Of a stretch of DNA of 64,000 nucleotides, positions 40,335 to 53,691 are shown piece by piece. The notes below the pieces were generated by a model that was given only the letters and a program-made list of their open reading frames with translations, was not told where the DNA came from and did no database searches. The stretch's first letter is position 1. The number at the start of each line of letters is the position of its first letter. A program made the position numbers and the translations under genes. This DNA comes from Tubiluchus corallicola (Eukaryota > Animalia > Priapulida): positions 952,242 through 1,016,241 of the forward strand of contig JAQGDQ010000036.1 of assembly GCA_030141605.1 (NCBI GenBank). Direction: 5' to 3'.

Positions 40335-43229
40335 TTTGATTTTGAGTAAAGAAGACTGATCTTGGTGTCTAGTATTGGGGTTACTCACAGCTTGAATTTG
40401 AGTGAAGACACTGATCTTCATGTCTAGTATTGGGGTTACTCACAGCTTGACTTTGAGTAAAGAAGACTGATCTTCATGTCTAGTATTGAGGTTACTCACA
40501 GCTTCATTTTGAGTAAAGAAGACTGATCTTCATGTCTAGTATTGGGGTTACTCACAGTTTGACTTTGAGTAAAGAAGATTGATCTTCATGTCTAGTATTG
40601 GGGTTACTCACAGCTTGAATTTGAGTGAAGACACTGATCTTCATGTCTAGTATTGGGGTTACTCACAGCTTCATTTTGAGTAAAGAAGACTGATCTTAAT
40701 GTATAGTATTGGGGTTACTCACAGCTTGATTTTGAGTAAAGAAGACTGATCTTCATGTCTAGTATTGGGGTTACTCACAGCTTGAATTTGAGTGAAGACA
40801 CTGATCTTCATGTCTAGTATTGGGGTTACTCACAGCTTCATTTTGAGTAAAGAAGACTGATCTTAATGTATAGTATTGGGGTTACTCACAGCTTCATTTT
40901 GAGTAAAGAAGATTGATCTTCATGTCTAGTATTGGGGTTACTCACAGCTTGAATTTGAGTGAAGACACTGATCTTCATGTCTAGTATTGGGGTTACTCAC
41001 AGCTTCATTTTGAGTAAAGAAGACTGATCTTAATGTATAGTATTGGGGTTACTCGCAGCTTGAATTTGAGTGAAGACACTGATCTTCATGTCTAGTATTG
41101 GGGTTACTCACAGCTTGATTTTGAGTAAAGGAGACTGATCTTAATGTATAGTATTGGGGTTACTCACAGCTTGATTTTGAGTAAAGAAGACTGATCTTAA
41201 TGTCTAGTATTGGGGTTACTCACGGCTTGAATTTGAGTAAAGAAGACTGATCTTAATGTCTAGTATTGGGGTTACTCACAGCTTGATTTTGAGTAAAGGA
41301 GACTGATCTTAATGTCTAGTATTGGGGTTACTCATAGCTTGATTTTGAGTGAAGACACTGATCTTAATGTCTAGTATTGGGGTTACTCGCAGCTTGATTT
41401 TGAGTAAAGAAGACTGATCTTAATGTCTAGTATTGGGGTTACTCACAGCTTGAATTTGAGTGAAGACACTGATCTTCATGTCTAGTATTGGGGTTACTCA
41501 CAGCTTGATTTTGAGTAAAGGAGACTGATCTTAATGTATAGTATTGGGGTTACTCACAGCTTGATTTTGAGTAAAGAAGACTGAGCTTGATGTCTAGTAT
41601 TGGTGTTACTCACAGCTTGATTTTGAGTAAAGAAGACTGATCTTCATGTCTAGTATTGGGGTTACTCACAGCTTGAATTTGAGTGAAGACACTGATCTTC
41701 ATGTCTAGTATTGGGGTTACTCACAGCTTGATTTTGAGTAAAGAAGACTGATCTTAATGTCTAGTATTGGGGTTACTCACAGCTTGATTTTGAGTAAAGA
41801 AGACTGATCTTAATGTCTAGTATTGGGGTTACTCACAGCTTGAATTTGAGTGAAGACACTGATCTTCATGTCTAGTATTGGGGTTACTCACAGCTTGATT
41901 TTGAGTAAAGAAGACTGATCTTGATGTCTAGTATTGGGGTTACTCACAGCTTGATTTTGAGTAAAGGAGACTGATCTTCATGTATAGTATTGGGGTTACT
42001 CACAGCTTGATTTTGAGTAAAGAAGACTGATCTTCATGTCTAGTATTGGGGTTACTCACAGCTTGATTTTGAGTAAAGAAGACTGAGCTTGATGTCTAGT
42101 ATTGGGGTTACTCACAGCTTGATTTTGAGTAAAGAAGACTGATCTTAATGTCTAGTATTGGGGTTACTCACAGCTTGAATTTGAGTGAAGACACTGATCT
42201 TCATGTCTAGTATTGGGGTTACTCACAGCTTGATTTTGAGTAAAGAAGACTGATCTTAATGTCTAGTATTGGGGTTACTCACAGCTTGATTTTGAGTAAA
42301 GAAGACTGATCTTAATGTCTAGTATTGGGGTTACTCACAGCTTGATTTTGAGTAAAGAAGACTGATCTTAATGTCTAGTATTGGGGTTACTCACAGCTTG
42401 ATTTTGAGTGAAGACACTGATCTTAATGTCTAGTATTGGGGTTACTCGCAGCTTGATTTTGAGTAAAGAAGACTGATCTTAATGTCTAGTATTGGGGTTA
42501 CTCACAGCTTGAATTTGAGTGAAGACACTGATCTTAATGTCTAGTATTGGGGTTACTCGCAGCTTGATTTTGAGTAAAGAAGACTGATCTTAATGTCTAG
42601 TATTGGGGTTACTCACGGCTTGAATTTGAGTAAAGAAGACTGATCTTAATGTCTAGTATTGGGGTTACTCACAGCTTGATTTTGAGTGAAGACACTGATC
42701 TTAATGTCTAGTATTGGGGTTACTCACAGCTTGATTTTGAGTAAAGAAGACTGATCTTAATGTCTAGTATTGGGGTTACTCACAGCTTGATTTTGAGTAA
42801 AGAAGACTGATCTTAATGTCTAGTATTGGGGTTACTCACAGCTTGAATTTGAGTGAAGACACTGATCTTAATGTCTAGTATTGGGGTTACTCACAGCTTG
42901 ATTTTGAGTAAAGAAGACTGATCTTAATGTCTAGTATTGGGGTTACTCACAGCTTGAATTTGAGTGAAGACACTGATCTTCATGTCTAGTATTGGGGTTA
43001 CTCACAGCTTGATTTTGAGTAAAGAAGACTGATCTTAATGTCTAGTATTGGGGTTACTCACAGCTTGATTTTGAGTAAAGAAGACTGATCTTGGTGTCTA
43101 GTATTGGGGTTACTCACAGCTTCATTTTGAGTAAAGAAGACTGATCTTAATGTCTAGTATTGGGGTTACTCACAGCTTGATTTTGAGTAAAGGAGACTGA
43201 TCTTCATGTCTAGTATTGGGGTTACTCAC
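40335..43229. repeat. Satellite array, about 52 copies of a 55-56-bp unit
   Basis: gcttgattttgagtaaagaagactgatcttaatgtctagtattggggttactcaca, with a 55-bp gagtgaagacactg variant interspersed. Confidence 0.98.
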
Positions 43230-43349
43230 GCTGGCCTAGGATGAAGCTGGAGCAATTGTTAATTACATGTACAGTCTTGACAATTTGAAAGTCTCATATA
43301 ACGAGACTGTACGTGTGTTATTTAACCAACCAAACGACAGCTCGAAGTA

Positions 43350-43750
43350 TGTAGTAGTAGTAGTAGTAAAATCTTTATTTGCCATTTTAAAACATTGACC
43401 ATCCTATTAAAAGACAGACAATCAGTGTTAGTTCATATAAAAAAACATACACTGTTCTGGGCAAATGCGTCTGGTGCAAGCTAAACTATAAGTGCAACTA
43501 GAAATTCAAAAAATAAAATATAAACTAGTTTAGTAAGGTCTAGGAAAAATGAAATTATGATTTGAGTAAGTATCATCGTGTTCGTATGTTGGATATTCAA
43601 AACGAGTCACTAAATGTTTTTTTAATTTAGACTTGAATATTGATAAAGAGCTGCTGTGTTTTAGTGATGTCGCTAATGACTCCCAAAGTTGTATTGCTTG
43701 CTTAGTAATGGAATTCTGTGTGTGAGAGATGTGAGAATCAGGATATACCA
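43350..43750 (-). mobile_element. 3' end of a CR1/L2-group LINE
   Basis: TQNSITKQAIQLWESLATSLKHSSSLSIFKSKLKKHL..., AATAAA and (CTA)n tail; paralogous to 45720-46320. Confidence 0.8.
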
Positions 43751-44228
43751 TATTTTGACATTTTATTACGTAAAGCTGCCTATTTTACGTAAAATTGCCT
43801 ATTTTGTCAGAAAGAGAGTTTTAATTTTCAGCAATGCTCTTGTGAGTAATATTAGAAAGAGTGACTGTTTGTTTTACTCAAAATTAATTAACAAATAGCT
43901 AAACCTATTATTTGTAAATTTTCTCTAAACGATAGTAATTGTGTTATTGTAGTTTTTGTTAATGTAATATTATTCTGTTTCTTGTATTTTTTTATTTCAT
44001 TTTATTTCATAATCTTCAGAGTACAATACACGAGTGACAAGGCAGTAGAAAAGTGAAATAAAATAATAAATCACTTCTACAAAAACGGTGTAAATTAAAA
44101 CAAAGTGATGATGTATACGTAGAAGATTGCAGTAAAAAACAACGAACTAAAATAGCTGCTTACAAGTGTCTGTTAAAAAGTAAAAAATTGCTAAAATCAA
44201 CTTGACATACCCGTTTTTTAAATAATTT

Positions 44229-44695
44229 TGTATTGTATTGCATTGTATTGTATTGTATTGTATTGTATTGTATCGTATCGTATCGTATCGTATCGTATCG
44301 TATCGTATCGTATCGTATCGTATCGTATCGTATCGTATCGTATCGTACTGTATCGTATCGTATCGTATCGTATCGTATCGTATCGTATCGTATCGTATCG
44401 TATCGTATCGTATCGTATCGTATCGTATCGTATCGTATCGTATCGTATCGTATCGTATCGTATCGTATCGTATTGTATTGTAGTATTGCATTGTATTGTA
44501 TTGCATTGTATTGTATTGCATTGTATTGTATTACATTGTATTGATTTGATTGTATTGTATTGTATTGTATTGTATCGTATCGTATCGTATCGTATCGTAT
44601 CGTATCGTATCGTATCGTATCGTATCGTATCGTATCGTATCGTATCGCATTGCATTGCATTGCATTGCATTGCATTGTATTGTATTGTATTGTAT
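44229..44695. repeat. Compound pentanucleotide microsatellite (TATCG)n/(TATTG)n/(CATTG)n
   Basis: Direct inspection; source of YDTIR/YRIVS ORFs. Confidence 0.97.
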
Positions 44696-45719
44696 ACTAA
44701 CTGTTATTGTACTGTATTTTACACAACATTGCATACTAACTGTTGTTTATGTGAGCAATGCTTTCAGTTAAACCTTTACTTTCTTACTGAATCACTGTAA
44801 GCTTTTGACGGGAATTATACGCTAAAAACGGATTTAATCCAGATTACGTGGATCGCATGTAGATCACACGTGGATACGTCGTTTTGCCGTCGCAGCAAGC
44901 TGACAAAGATTACGGTAATTCTACAGCACTGCCGGCGCGTTTTCACGCTTGAGCCACTCTGAAGCCGCGCGCCGCTATAACAGAAATCGCACACCGTATA
45001 AACCACGCAATCTGATGCAAAATTAATGTCATTATGCACACACGAGCACTGATTAACACCCGTATGTGTAGCTGACACTGACATTTCTACAAAGAAATCT
45101 GGGTAACTTACCACCCCTGCACGAAAAAGCGACTTGTTCGCCCGGAAGATGAACCGAACCGCACCACGGAGCAACACACACACAGCCCGAGATGCTACTA
45201 TAAGCTGCACTAGAGCTTTGTTGAAGGAAGCTGCGGAGAAAATGGTGATGGCGTCTACTAGCGGCTGTTATTGACAGGTAAACGTGACGTCACGCCGCAG
45301 TCAGCCTGTGTTATTGTTTGCGCTAAACAATTTTAATTGCTCCGCCGTTTGTAACTGGGGTAACTGACATTCGATGGAAGAGCAGAAGTAAGTGCTGTGA
45401 CAGTCAATAGATCAGTGCAAAATCGTGTCAGTTTACTTGACATTTGATGCGCACCTGTGCGAGACACCCAAACCGCACGCGGCGATTATGAATGCTCAGT
45501 GATGACGTCATTCGAACGTCACATAGGTCTATATTAATCTTGAGCCACATTCGTCACGCCCCAAAACGATTTCTCAAACTTGGATGCAAGTTTCTATAAA
45601 AATGTGTTTACATTGCATTTAATTGCTATTGTTGCACTCGATCCACGGATACGCCCCCGGCAGCAGGGGCGGATCGAAGGTTTCACGGGTCTAAGGCTAA
45701 CAAATGATTCGGGAACGTA

Positions 45720-46320
45720 TATAATATATATATAATAATCTTTACTTGCCATAAAAAAAAATCGATATTCACAACTATAAAAGCATAAAAGAACATCGCA
45801 GCATGAGAATAAAATTCACACAACTGTTAAAGGCAAATGCGTCCAGTGCAAACTAAAAACTACTGTGCCAAAAATTTAAAACAAAAATATACATTATAAT
45901 ATTACACGGAAATTATAATAGACTATATACAATATATACATAAAATTTAAAATGGACGTGGGTAAATAAAATTTGTGGATGAATATATACTATCATTTAT
46001 GTATGTCGGGTTTTCAAAACGATTTAATGTATGTATTTTTAATTTTGATTTGAATTCGTCAAAAGACTTGATTTGTTTTAAATTAGATGGCAGGGTATTC
46101 CAAAGTTGAACTCCTTGTTTAGTGATAGAATTGTTGCCGTATTTGTTATTAGTGCGTGTTTGTTTAATATTGTGTGTTCTTGGATTTAATGTTGGCTCCA
46201 AGAGGAGTGGAAGCTTATTTTTGATGAAGGGCGTGTTAATATTGTCGATGTCTTATATAAGAAGAGGATTGTGTAGAAGTCTTTATGTGCTTGTAAAATT
46301 GGAATTTTAAACATTGTTCT
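45720..46320 (-). mobile_element. 3' end of a CR1/L2-group LINE (related to 43350-43750)
   Basis: RTNNKYGNNSITKQGVQLWNTLPSNLKQIKSFDEFKSKLKIH...NFIYPRPF and shared 3' UTR ggcaaatgcgtc. Confidence 0.8.
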
Positions 46321-46657
46321 TAATTCTGTTGCAGAGGTTTGATTTGTTATGAGGGACGTTTTATTTGAATAGCCACGACTAAACGAAACGTCAAATTATG
46401 CGATACACTGTTTATCCTGAAATTTATTCAAATGGAATATCTGTGCACATAACTACATTTATTGGGTTAAATATTAGCTTAAAAATAAAATATGAAATTC
46501 ATGTACAAGTCAAATTGCCGCCAAAGTTCTCAAAACTATTTAAAATGTTTTGAGCTATTCTTCAGTTTTTGTATAGGTTTATCAGCAACCTCGGTAACTC
46601 TCTTCCTCACAGTAACTCGTTTATTCGTAAGTCAAAACAATCTACTCTTTAAAATAT

Positions 46658-47224
46658 TGAAAGGAAACATGCTATTTTTTCAAAAATGACTTGCGCGAAA
46701 GAATTATTACTACACAAAGACAATTTCGCATTCGCGCCACTAGTCCTTCGCTGTTTCATGCATTTCCCCACTCGCTAGTTAGACGGGCACTAGCGCCTGC
46801 ATTCCGAAAACGCGTTGCACAAAAACAGGTGCTGTACCTCTCAGTTCAGATGTGTTAGTTTGTGACGAACTACACACGTTCGACAGCTCAAGCGTGAGCA
46901 CAGCGGTAAATTTGAAATTTTAATTTTTATCGTAAAACTTGCCGAGTTTTAGCACAACACACTGAATATCTTACAGTAGCACTGTAGTTCAATTTTCGAT
47001 TTCGCAAACATGTTCAACACATTCGTGAAATACTTTCCCGTTGAAAATTATGTTCGTTTGTGACGTTATCAGTAGTTTGGCTCGCCCGCCGGTAATTAAG
47101 ACTTTAATCTATTGTTGATTTTAACTATCAGAAACGCTATTCCAGTGTTAGTGGTGTTAAAATGTTTACTTTTTATCATACTCGATATGGGGTAGGATAT
47201 GAAAAGTCATCCTGTGTTCCTTCA
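46658..47224 (+). mobile_element. Kolobok-like non-autonomous element, copy 2
   Basis: Aligns with 27023-27638 (gcacaaaaacaggtgctgtacctctcagttcaga; tacacacgttcga; atggggtaggatatgaaaa); termini ttgaaaggaaaca / tgtgttccttcaa. Confidence 0.6.
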
Positions 47225-47555
47225 AGCTTTTATTTTAAAATACGTATTTTGCAAAATCTCTCTCTTTCTCTGTGCGTGCGTGTGCGTGCGTCCGTGCGTG
47301 TGCGTTTGCGTGTGCGTATGTGCGCGTGTACGTGTCATCTTCACATATTTTCAACAACAATTGAGACTTGAGTGTGCCTCGTCGTTGTTAAATACTGATA
47401 TCCGGCTCGCACTGTTCCGAATTGTCATGGTCCGTTTCACAATTACTCATGAACTTTAGATGCCAATAACATGTCAGCGTTTTTTATTAAATTTACCAGC
47501 AAAATTGATCTTACGACTATAACTTGTAAGCGTGCTTTGTTAACCAAAAAGATTT

Positions 47556-48386
47556 AGCGTTTTGTCAAACCCTGTAAAACAGAAAGGCGTAGCGTTTTCT
47601 CAAACCCTGTAAAACAGAAAGACGTAGCGTTTTCTCAAACCCTGTAAAACAGAAAGACGTAGTGTTTTCTCAAACCCTGTAAAACAGAAAGACGTAGTGT
47701 TTTCTCAAACCCTGTAAAACAGAAAGACGTAGTGTTTTCTCAAACCCTGTAAAACAGAAAGACGTAGTGTTTTCTCAAACCCTGTAAAACAGAAAGACGT
47801 AGTGTTTTCTCAAACCCTGTAAAACAGAAAGACGTAGTGTTTTCTCAAACCCTGTAAAACAGAAAGACGTAGTGTTTTCTCAAACCCTGTAAAACAGAAA
47901 GACGTAGTGTTTTCTCAAACCCTGTAAAACAGAAAGACGTAGCGTTTTCTCAAACCCTGTAAACCAGAAAGACGTAGCGTTTTCTCAAACCCTGTAAAAC
48001 AGAAAGACGTAGCGTTTTCTCAAACCCTGTAAAACAGAAAGACGTAGTGTTTTCTCAAACCCTGTAAAACAGAAAGACGTAGTGTTTTCTCAAACCCTGT
48101 AAAACAGAAAGACGTAGTGTTTTCTCAAACCCTGTAAAACAGAAAGACGTAGTGTTTTCTCAAACCCTGTAAAACAGAAAGACGTAGTGTTTTCTCAAAC
48201 CCTGTAAAACAGAAAGACGTAGTGTTTTCTCAAACCCTGTAAAACAGAAAGACGTAGTGTTTTCTCAAACCCTGTAAAACAGAAAGACGTAGTGTTTTCT
48301 CAAACCCTGTAAACCAGAAAGACGTAGCGTTTTCTCAAACCCTGTAAAACAGAAAGACGTAGTGTTTTCTTAAAGCCTGTAAAACA
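47556..48386. repeat. Minisatellite, about 24 copies of a 35-bp unit
   Basis: agtgttttctcaaaccctgtaaaacagaaagacgt, highly homogeneous. Confidence 0.97.
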
Positions 48387-48509
48387 AGTTAAAACAAATT
48401 TAATCAAAATTTCTCTTTCCTCTTCCGTTTCAATTTTTTAGGTGACAAATGAACAGTGCAAGCTGGCGGCACAGGACTGTGGTGTCAACACTCAATCTGG
48501 GATTGCAAG

Positions 48510-48730
48510 TCGTTTGTGGCAGGACAGAAACTTTATTCATTATCAAGGGCTGTGCCTATGAAACAAGACACTGAACTGCCAGGGGATACGTTAGCCCCAT
48601 ACATCCTCCTGCTACGAGGTAAACAGCCAGAATTAGTACGTCGAATAACGTTGTCTAGAGCGAGAATTGAACCCAGGAGGTCAGGAGCCATTCACGCTAA
48701 GCATGCACACTGGGTAACCACTCGGCTAGC
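48510..48730 (-). mobile_element. tRNA-derived SINE
   Basis: Minus strand A box tagccgagtgg, B box gggttcaattc; 3' part cccttgataat shared with a decayed plus-strand copy at about 61070-61235. Confidence 0.6.
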
Positions 48731-49413
48731 AATACTAATATTAATTAAATTAGTAGTGTTTTTATTGTTCTACTCCATTGTAAAGAAGGAATTATGCTCG
48801 ACTTTATTCTTAACACATCACAAACAGTTAACTTCTTCTCTATCGTCCGTTCCACACCACAAACACTTATTATTTCTCTTTAGTTAGTCATAACCCTCCA
48901 CAAACAGTTATAACAAGTATAAAACAGGAAAATAATTTAATATCGTTTTGTCATTTTTGCGCAAAAAGCAATACTTAAAATTATTTTTCACGTTATTTTC
49001 GGCCACGCTGCTTTTCATTAATCAGGGCCTTGCGCTTCACCTAAAATAATTGTTCATATTGTTACGAAGGCGAAATGCCCTTTATTTTCGACCCTCCCCT
49101 CTACATTGTGATGGTTTCATCCATTACGAAGCCATTGCATATCAGCGTCGCATAGCAGCTAAGTACCTGGTATGGAATGGCCTCGTCGGTTCAGTGGGCT
49201 GACGGGCAGGTGCGTCTTCCAACACAGCACCTGTTCCGCAATGACAACTGGCGTGGAGCATGGTGGGGTAGACGTCTGGAGTGTTACTTAAATCAGTAAT
49301 TTTACTCTTTCTACTGTTTTTACGTTTTCTTCTCAACTATGAGACAATCGGCATATCAGCACCATCCGCTCATCGTTACATTGGTGGCCAGTACGGAGGG
49401 CAGTAGTCCTAAG

Positions 49414-49894
49414 CTGTAGCGGATAGCCCTATAGGCTGAATAGGCTGAAGCCTAAGGCCCGGGATCAAAAGGGGCCCGGCAAAATAAAACGAAAAAAAAA
49501 TTTTTTTGTAAACAAAAATAAATTGACAAAAGAGCAAGGGGCCCGCCAAAATAAAAATATAAGAATAAGTACTAATAAGAATAATATAAGAATACTTACT
49601 AATAAGTATAAGAAATTAGTAAGAAACTAAAGTTACTTTCAGAGTTTCTGATTGGCTTATTTTAGTTGACATCTAACCCAGAAACTCACCAAGCTGTAAT
49701 CGTGTTTATATAGTCCTAGTCCACAACTCAAGGATCAAGAAGATATAATTTTTATCACAATCGGTGGGCAAAATTAAACAAACTTATAAACGACGAGAGC
49801 TCCACAAAAACACGTCAGCTGAGCAGTGTAGCAACATTTAAAAGGCCCGTTCCAAGCTCAAGCCTAATGCTCATAAAATCATAATCCGCCGCTG
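49414..49894. mobile_element. hAT-type MITE with perfect 8-bp TSD
   Basis: gtcctaag at 49406-49413 and 49895-49902; termini ctgtagcggat / atccgccgctg. Confidence 0.8.
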
Positions 49895-49934
49895 GTCCTA
49901 AGCTGTCCCCAGTGGATTCGAACTTGCATTAGAT

Positions 49935-50190
49935 GATTTAATTAAATTCAATATTGCAGTATTCATGTATAAATGCAATAATAGACTATTTCCCAAGTTT
50001 TTTGCAATTTCTGTCAAATTGACATCTAAGACACATACTACAAGATTTAATCAATACATTGTGCCTTTCTGTAGAACCAACATAGCCAAACATTTTATAA
50101 TATATCAAGGACCAAAAGTCTGGAATGAGGTTTGTCAATCCGCAGTGAGTAATCAAAATTTCTATCAGTATTCATCCGCACAGTAGTTGC
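49935..50190 (+). mobile_element. CR1/L2-group LINE 3' fragment
   Basis: LIKFNIAVFMYKCNNRLFP...FCRTNIAKHFIIYQGPKVWN. Confidence 0.75.
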
Positions 50191-51251
50191 AAAACTGTGG
50201 TGTTAGCTTAATCAAGTTATTTTAATTTTACATACTGTTAACAAATAATACTATTAACAAATAATAGTCTTTCTATCTTTTATGTCATTCCATATATGAG
50301 CTTCATTCATTACATCATTCCATTTTAAGCACTAATGTTTTTTTATCACGATTCACTTTAAATTTTCAGATTATCTCCATTACTTTTTTTCTATCACTGT
50401 GTGGGACATTCTAACAAGCCCTGCTTTTTGATTGCTCGCAACACATTTACCTTCGTGTATAAGTGAACAGTGTTTGAGGCTTTTCCTGTGCAGTATTTCT
50501 TATTTGTATTGTGTTCATTGTAGACCCTTTCACTAGATATTGTACATGAAACTAACGTAAATGTGTAATGTGAAATAAATGACTTATGCAACCTTAAATC
50601 GCCAAAAGAACGCCGGAACCACTGTGCAGTACGACGGTTTTCTGTCATCGTCGCCCGTAGCTGTGACTTGTGTGGGTTCACAACACATCTTAGTTGGTTC
50701 TTCAAAAACTCGAGCCTTCAGTCCTCGTTACAGGTTATGTACCTGTTTTACAGTGGCCTCGTAGAAGAATGTCTTACCTACGAGGATATAGTTCTAGCGT
50801 GTTGTGGATAGATGTCGCTTGATGTAGCAGCACCTGGACTGTTATTAAATATATAACTATATAAATTATTGTTTTTAAATAATGATTGACAGTTTTAGGC
50901 ACTGCAAAAATTAATAGAGGAAATTGAAAACACTAATAAATAAGTACAATAACATACATATAATTTGACTGCAGTAGCAACAACAAAACAACAAAAAACA
51001 ATGCGAATATAAGCAAATAAAAGAAAAAAAATTAAATTACCACCACATGTTACAAAAATAATAGGAATGGCAAAATTGCCCTAATAAACTTTGTTGCTGC
51101 TTCTTATAAACGCGCCTAAAATTATTCCAAGAACTTTAATTCGTCAGCAAATTGAAATAGGCTCGTGAAGCCATTTAAGCTTGATAGTGGCTTCCTAAAA
51201 TACTTAGATAACGATGGACAGACGGCGCTGCGCTAGAACACAACAACAAAC

Positions 51252-51317
51252 ATGGCGTCCTTGTTAGCTAAAACTGCATCCTTTTGTGAAAGGTTAGCTT
51301 TAAAGCAAGGTTGTAAG
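51252..51317 (+). CDS. SUCLA2: Succinyl-CoA ligase [ADP-forming] beta subunit, exon 1 (mitochondrial transit peptide)
   Basis: aacATGGCG start, MASLLAKTASFCERLALKQGCK, donor aag|gtaatg phase 0, in frame with exon 53526-53691. Confidence 0.8.
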
Positions 51318-52704
51318 GTAATGGTTTGTAGTTTATCGCTTTTAATTACTTGCTAAAATGTAAAAAGAGGACATTGTCGTTTACGGACGTCAAATTTTTA
51401 TGTCATCACGAAAACTAGCAGTTAATATTTTTGTATGAAATTTGATGCCCTTGAAGTTCAGTTCTTCGTATTACTATTAATAGTTACTCATTATTATTGG
51501 AACTAAAACGGCTGAAAAACTATATAACTGTGTTTTAGTTATCCTGGTAGATTATACAATCAATGTTCTTTCGTTTGTTTTTTTTTGCAAAAAAACATTT
51601 CGTTTTTAAATTTTCATAACTTAAACTTTACAGTTCTGTTTTTTATTAATATCATCGTTGCCCGATGAACATTTTTACATTGTATGTCACATTTTTAGTT
51701 AGTCTTAAATCCTTTAGTTACTTTCTGACGATGGTGGTTACTAGTAGTAGCCTTGGTCTTTGTTACCTGCCATGTTACTAAGTCTAATTTCGATTTCGTG
51801 CTTGGAAGTGATGCTGATAAGCCACTGACTGGCATAGCAGTGACATCCATGTTGGAATTTGCGTGGTAAATTTGGTATATATCCGAGCGCAAACATTTTT
51901 GTTGGTGTGGGCGTGGCATCAAGCAATTGACGTAAGTGTAATTTTAGGCCACTGGGCACACTGAATACGAAAATTAATTAATTAAATCCTTTAAAAAAGA
52001 AAGTTCTTTAATCAGTTCTTCAAACCGTGGACAGCCTAGCTTCACGACAGCGTTTGTTCAAAATAAATGCACTGTTAGTATTGATATGTGACGTCCAACT
52101 GGAAATTCAATAACTGAGTTAAATTTTTTACTTGTCAAGACCGGTAAATGGTGCGTAAATTTGTATTGAATTCTGTTTGCAATGAAGATGACTGCAGATT
52201 AAGTAAACTGAACTGAACTATCAGTAGTTTTATTTTTAATTAAAAGTTTTATAGTTATAAGCGTAAAAAATTAATGGATATACGCGTTCTGCTGCAGCTT
52301 GTGTTCCAGCCTGGAGCAGTGTCTAGTTTTCTGCTGCGTTACTGCTGTGTTTACCTATTTTGAGGACAGAGTTCTGCCTGCCCAATAGATGGAATAGGCA
52401 TATGATGTTGAGTTATGTTTGGCATGTCTCAAGTATGAGGTCAGATAAAATTTACTGTGAACACGTGTCATCATGATGTACAATCTATAATTTATCTGAC
52501 CGATAACTGATTCTGAGGGATGTTGAAATTCAATAAGTTTGCTCATCTACTAATATTCATAATGAAGCGGCCTATGGAGACTGACTTAAAAAATGCATCT
52601 CATTTTATCGATTGCTGACTTATTTATTTGTTAAAACAAATGAGCAAACAAATGACGCAGCAAAAAGCCTTTTTGCAATTTTAACGATTGACGATGATCG
52701 TGAA

Positions 52705-53002
52705 AAGGTCAAAGGTTAAGTGTACCATACAATGCATTTGCATACGCTTGACAATGCCTCGCTTCCCCAGCTATTGTAACAGTAACAGTTTTAACAGCAA
52801 CTTAGAACCTTACCTAGTCAAATTTTTCTTGTTCTCCAGCAAGATTTTGCTGGTAAATCATTCTAAGCATAGACTAATTCATAAGTAAGTAAAGTCCATG
52901 TAAAACAACTGAAGTCACTGAACTGATGTGGAAAATGGCTTTGCTTTACCCACATGTTACGCGATGGTTGCTGTTAAGATGCATTGCTGGGGTACACTTA
53001 AA

Positions 53003-53005
<3 letters not shown>
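52705..53005. mobile_element. MITE, copy 2 of 18732-19030, right end overwritten by (TA)n
   Basis: aggtcaaaggttaagtgtaccatacaatgcatttg ... gggtacacttaaact followed by (TA)n to about 53080. Confidence 0.7.
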
Positions 53006-53071
<66 letters not shown>

Positions 53072-53525
53072 ATATATATACAATAGCTTTACGACAAAGC
53101 AATTATATGTGTGCTGGCGAACCAAAACCATCCATAAGTCAGCATTTTGTTTTTCATAAAAACAATTGCCAAACATACTGGGCTTTTATATTGTGCCATC
53201 AAATTATCAAGAAAATACTAAATCAAAGTACTAAATACTAAATCATATACATCAAATGTTCAAAAAATACTAAAATCTAATTTTGTAACCCCGTATCCAC
53301 TTTTTTGGCTAGAAACTAGTAATGCAATTGTAAAAAACTTGTCTTTTGAAACTCCAATAGTATCTCGTGGAAGCAATCATTTTGCTTGGTGTTTTTTATG
53401 TTGCCAAGCTTCCAGATCTTGGTCTGCAAGAGCCATCTACTTAATCATAACTTCAATAATTTAGACACGAACTTTCTTTTAATTTAATAATTTGAAAATC
53501 GTGAAACTGAAATTAATGCTTGTAG

Positions 53526-53691
53526 GTCTTGGCCTCGTCATCGTTACCGCCTGTGCCGTCACAACAATGCCGCCACCTTTCCATACACGAGTATTTAAGC
53601 ATGGATTTGATGCGACAAGTTGGCATAAACGTTCCAAGATACTGCGTGGCTTCTTCACCCCAGGAAGCTTTCAAGTGCGCTCAACAACTTG
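53526..53691 (+). CDS. SUCLA2: SUCLA2 exon 2
   Basis: tgtag acceptor, VLASSSLPPVPSQQCRHLSIHEYLSMDLMRQVGINVPRYCVASSPQEAFKCAQQL(G), gtgagt donor phase 1; matches SUCLA2 RNLSLHEYMSMELL..AGVSVP..VAKSPDEA; HEY favours SUCLA2 over SUCLG2 (QEY). Confidence 0.92.

Noticed and set aside
40335-43229. CRISPR-like array
   Set aside because: Units are contiguous with no unique spacers and there are no cas genes; eukaryotic context. Same for the 30-, 35- and 77-bp arrays.
44147-44800. YDTIR/YRIVS repeat ORFs
   Set aside because: Translations of pentanucleotide microsatellite.
51457-51476. Second adapter-like string gttcagttcttcgtattact
   Set aside because: Several differences from the adapter and it sits inside SUCLA2 intron 1, whose flanking exons are compatible; likely chance.
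52355-52546. 63-aa minus-strand ORF as a candidate SELENOO downstream exon
   Set aside because: No similarity to SelO C-terminal motifs in the frames inspected.
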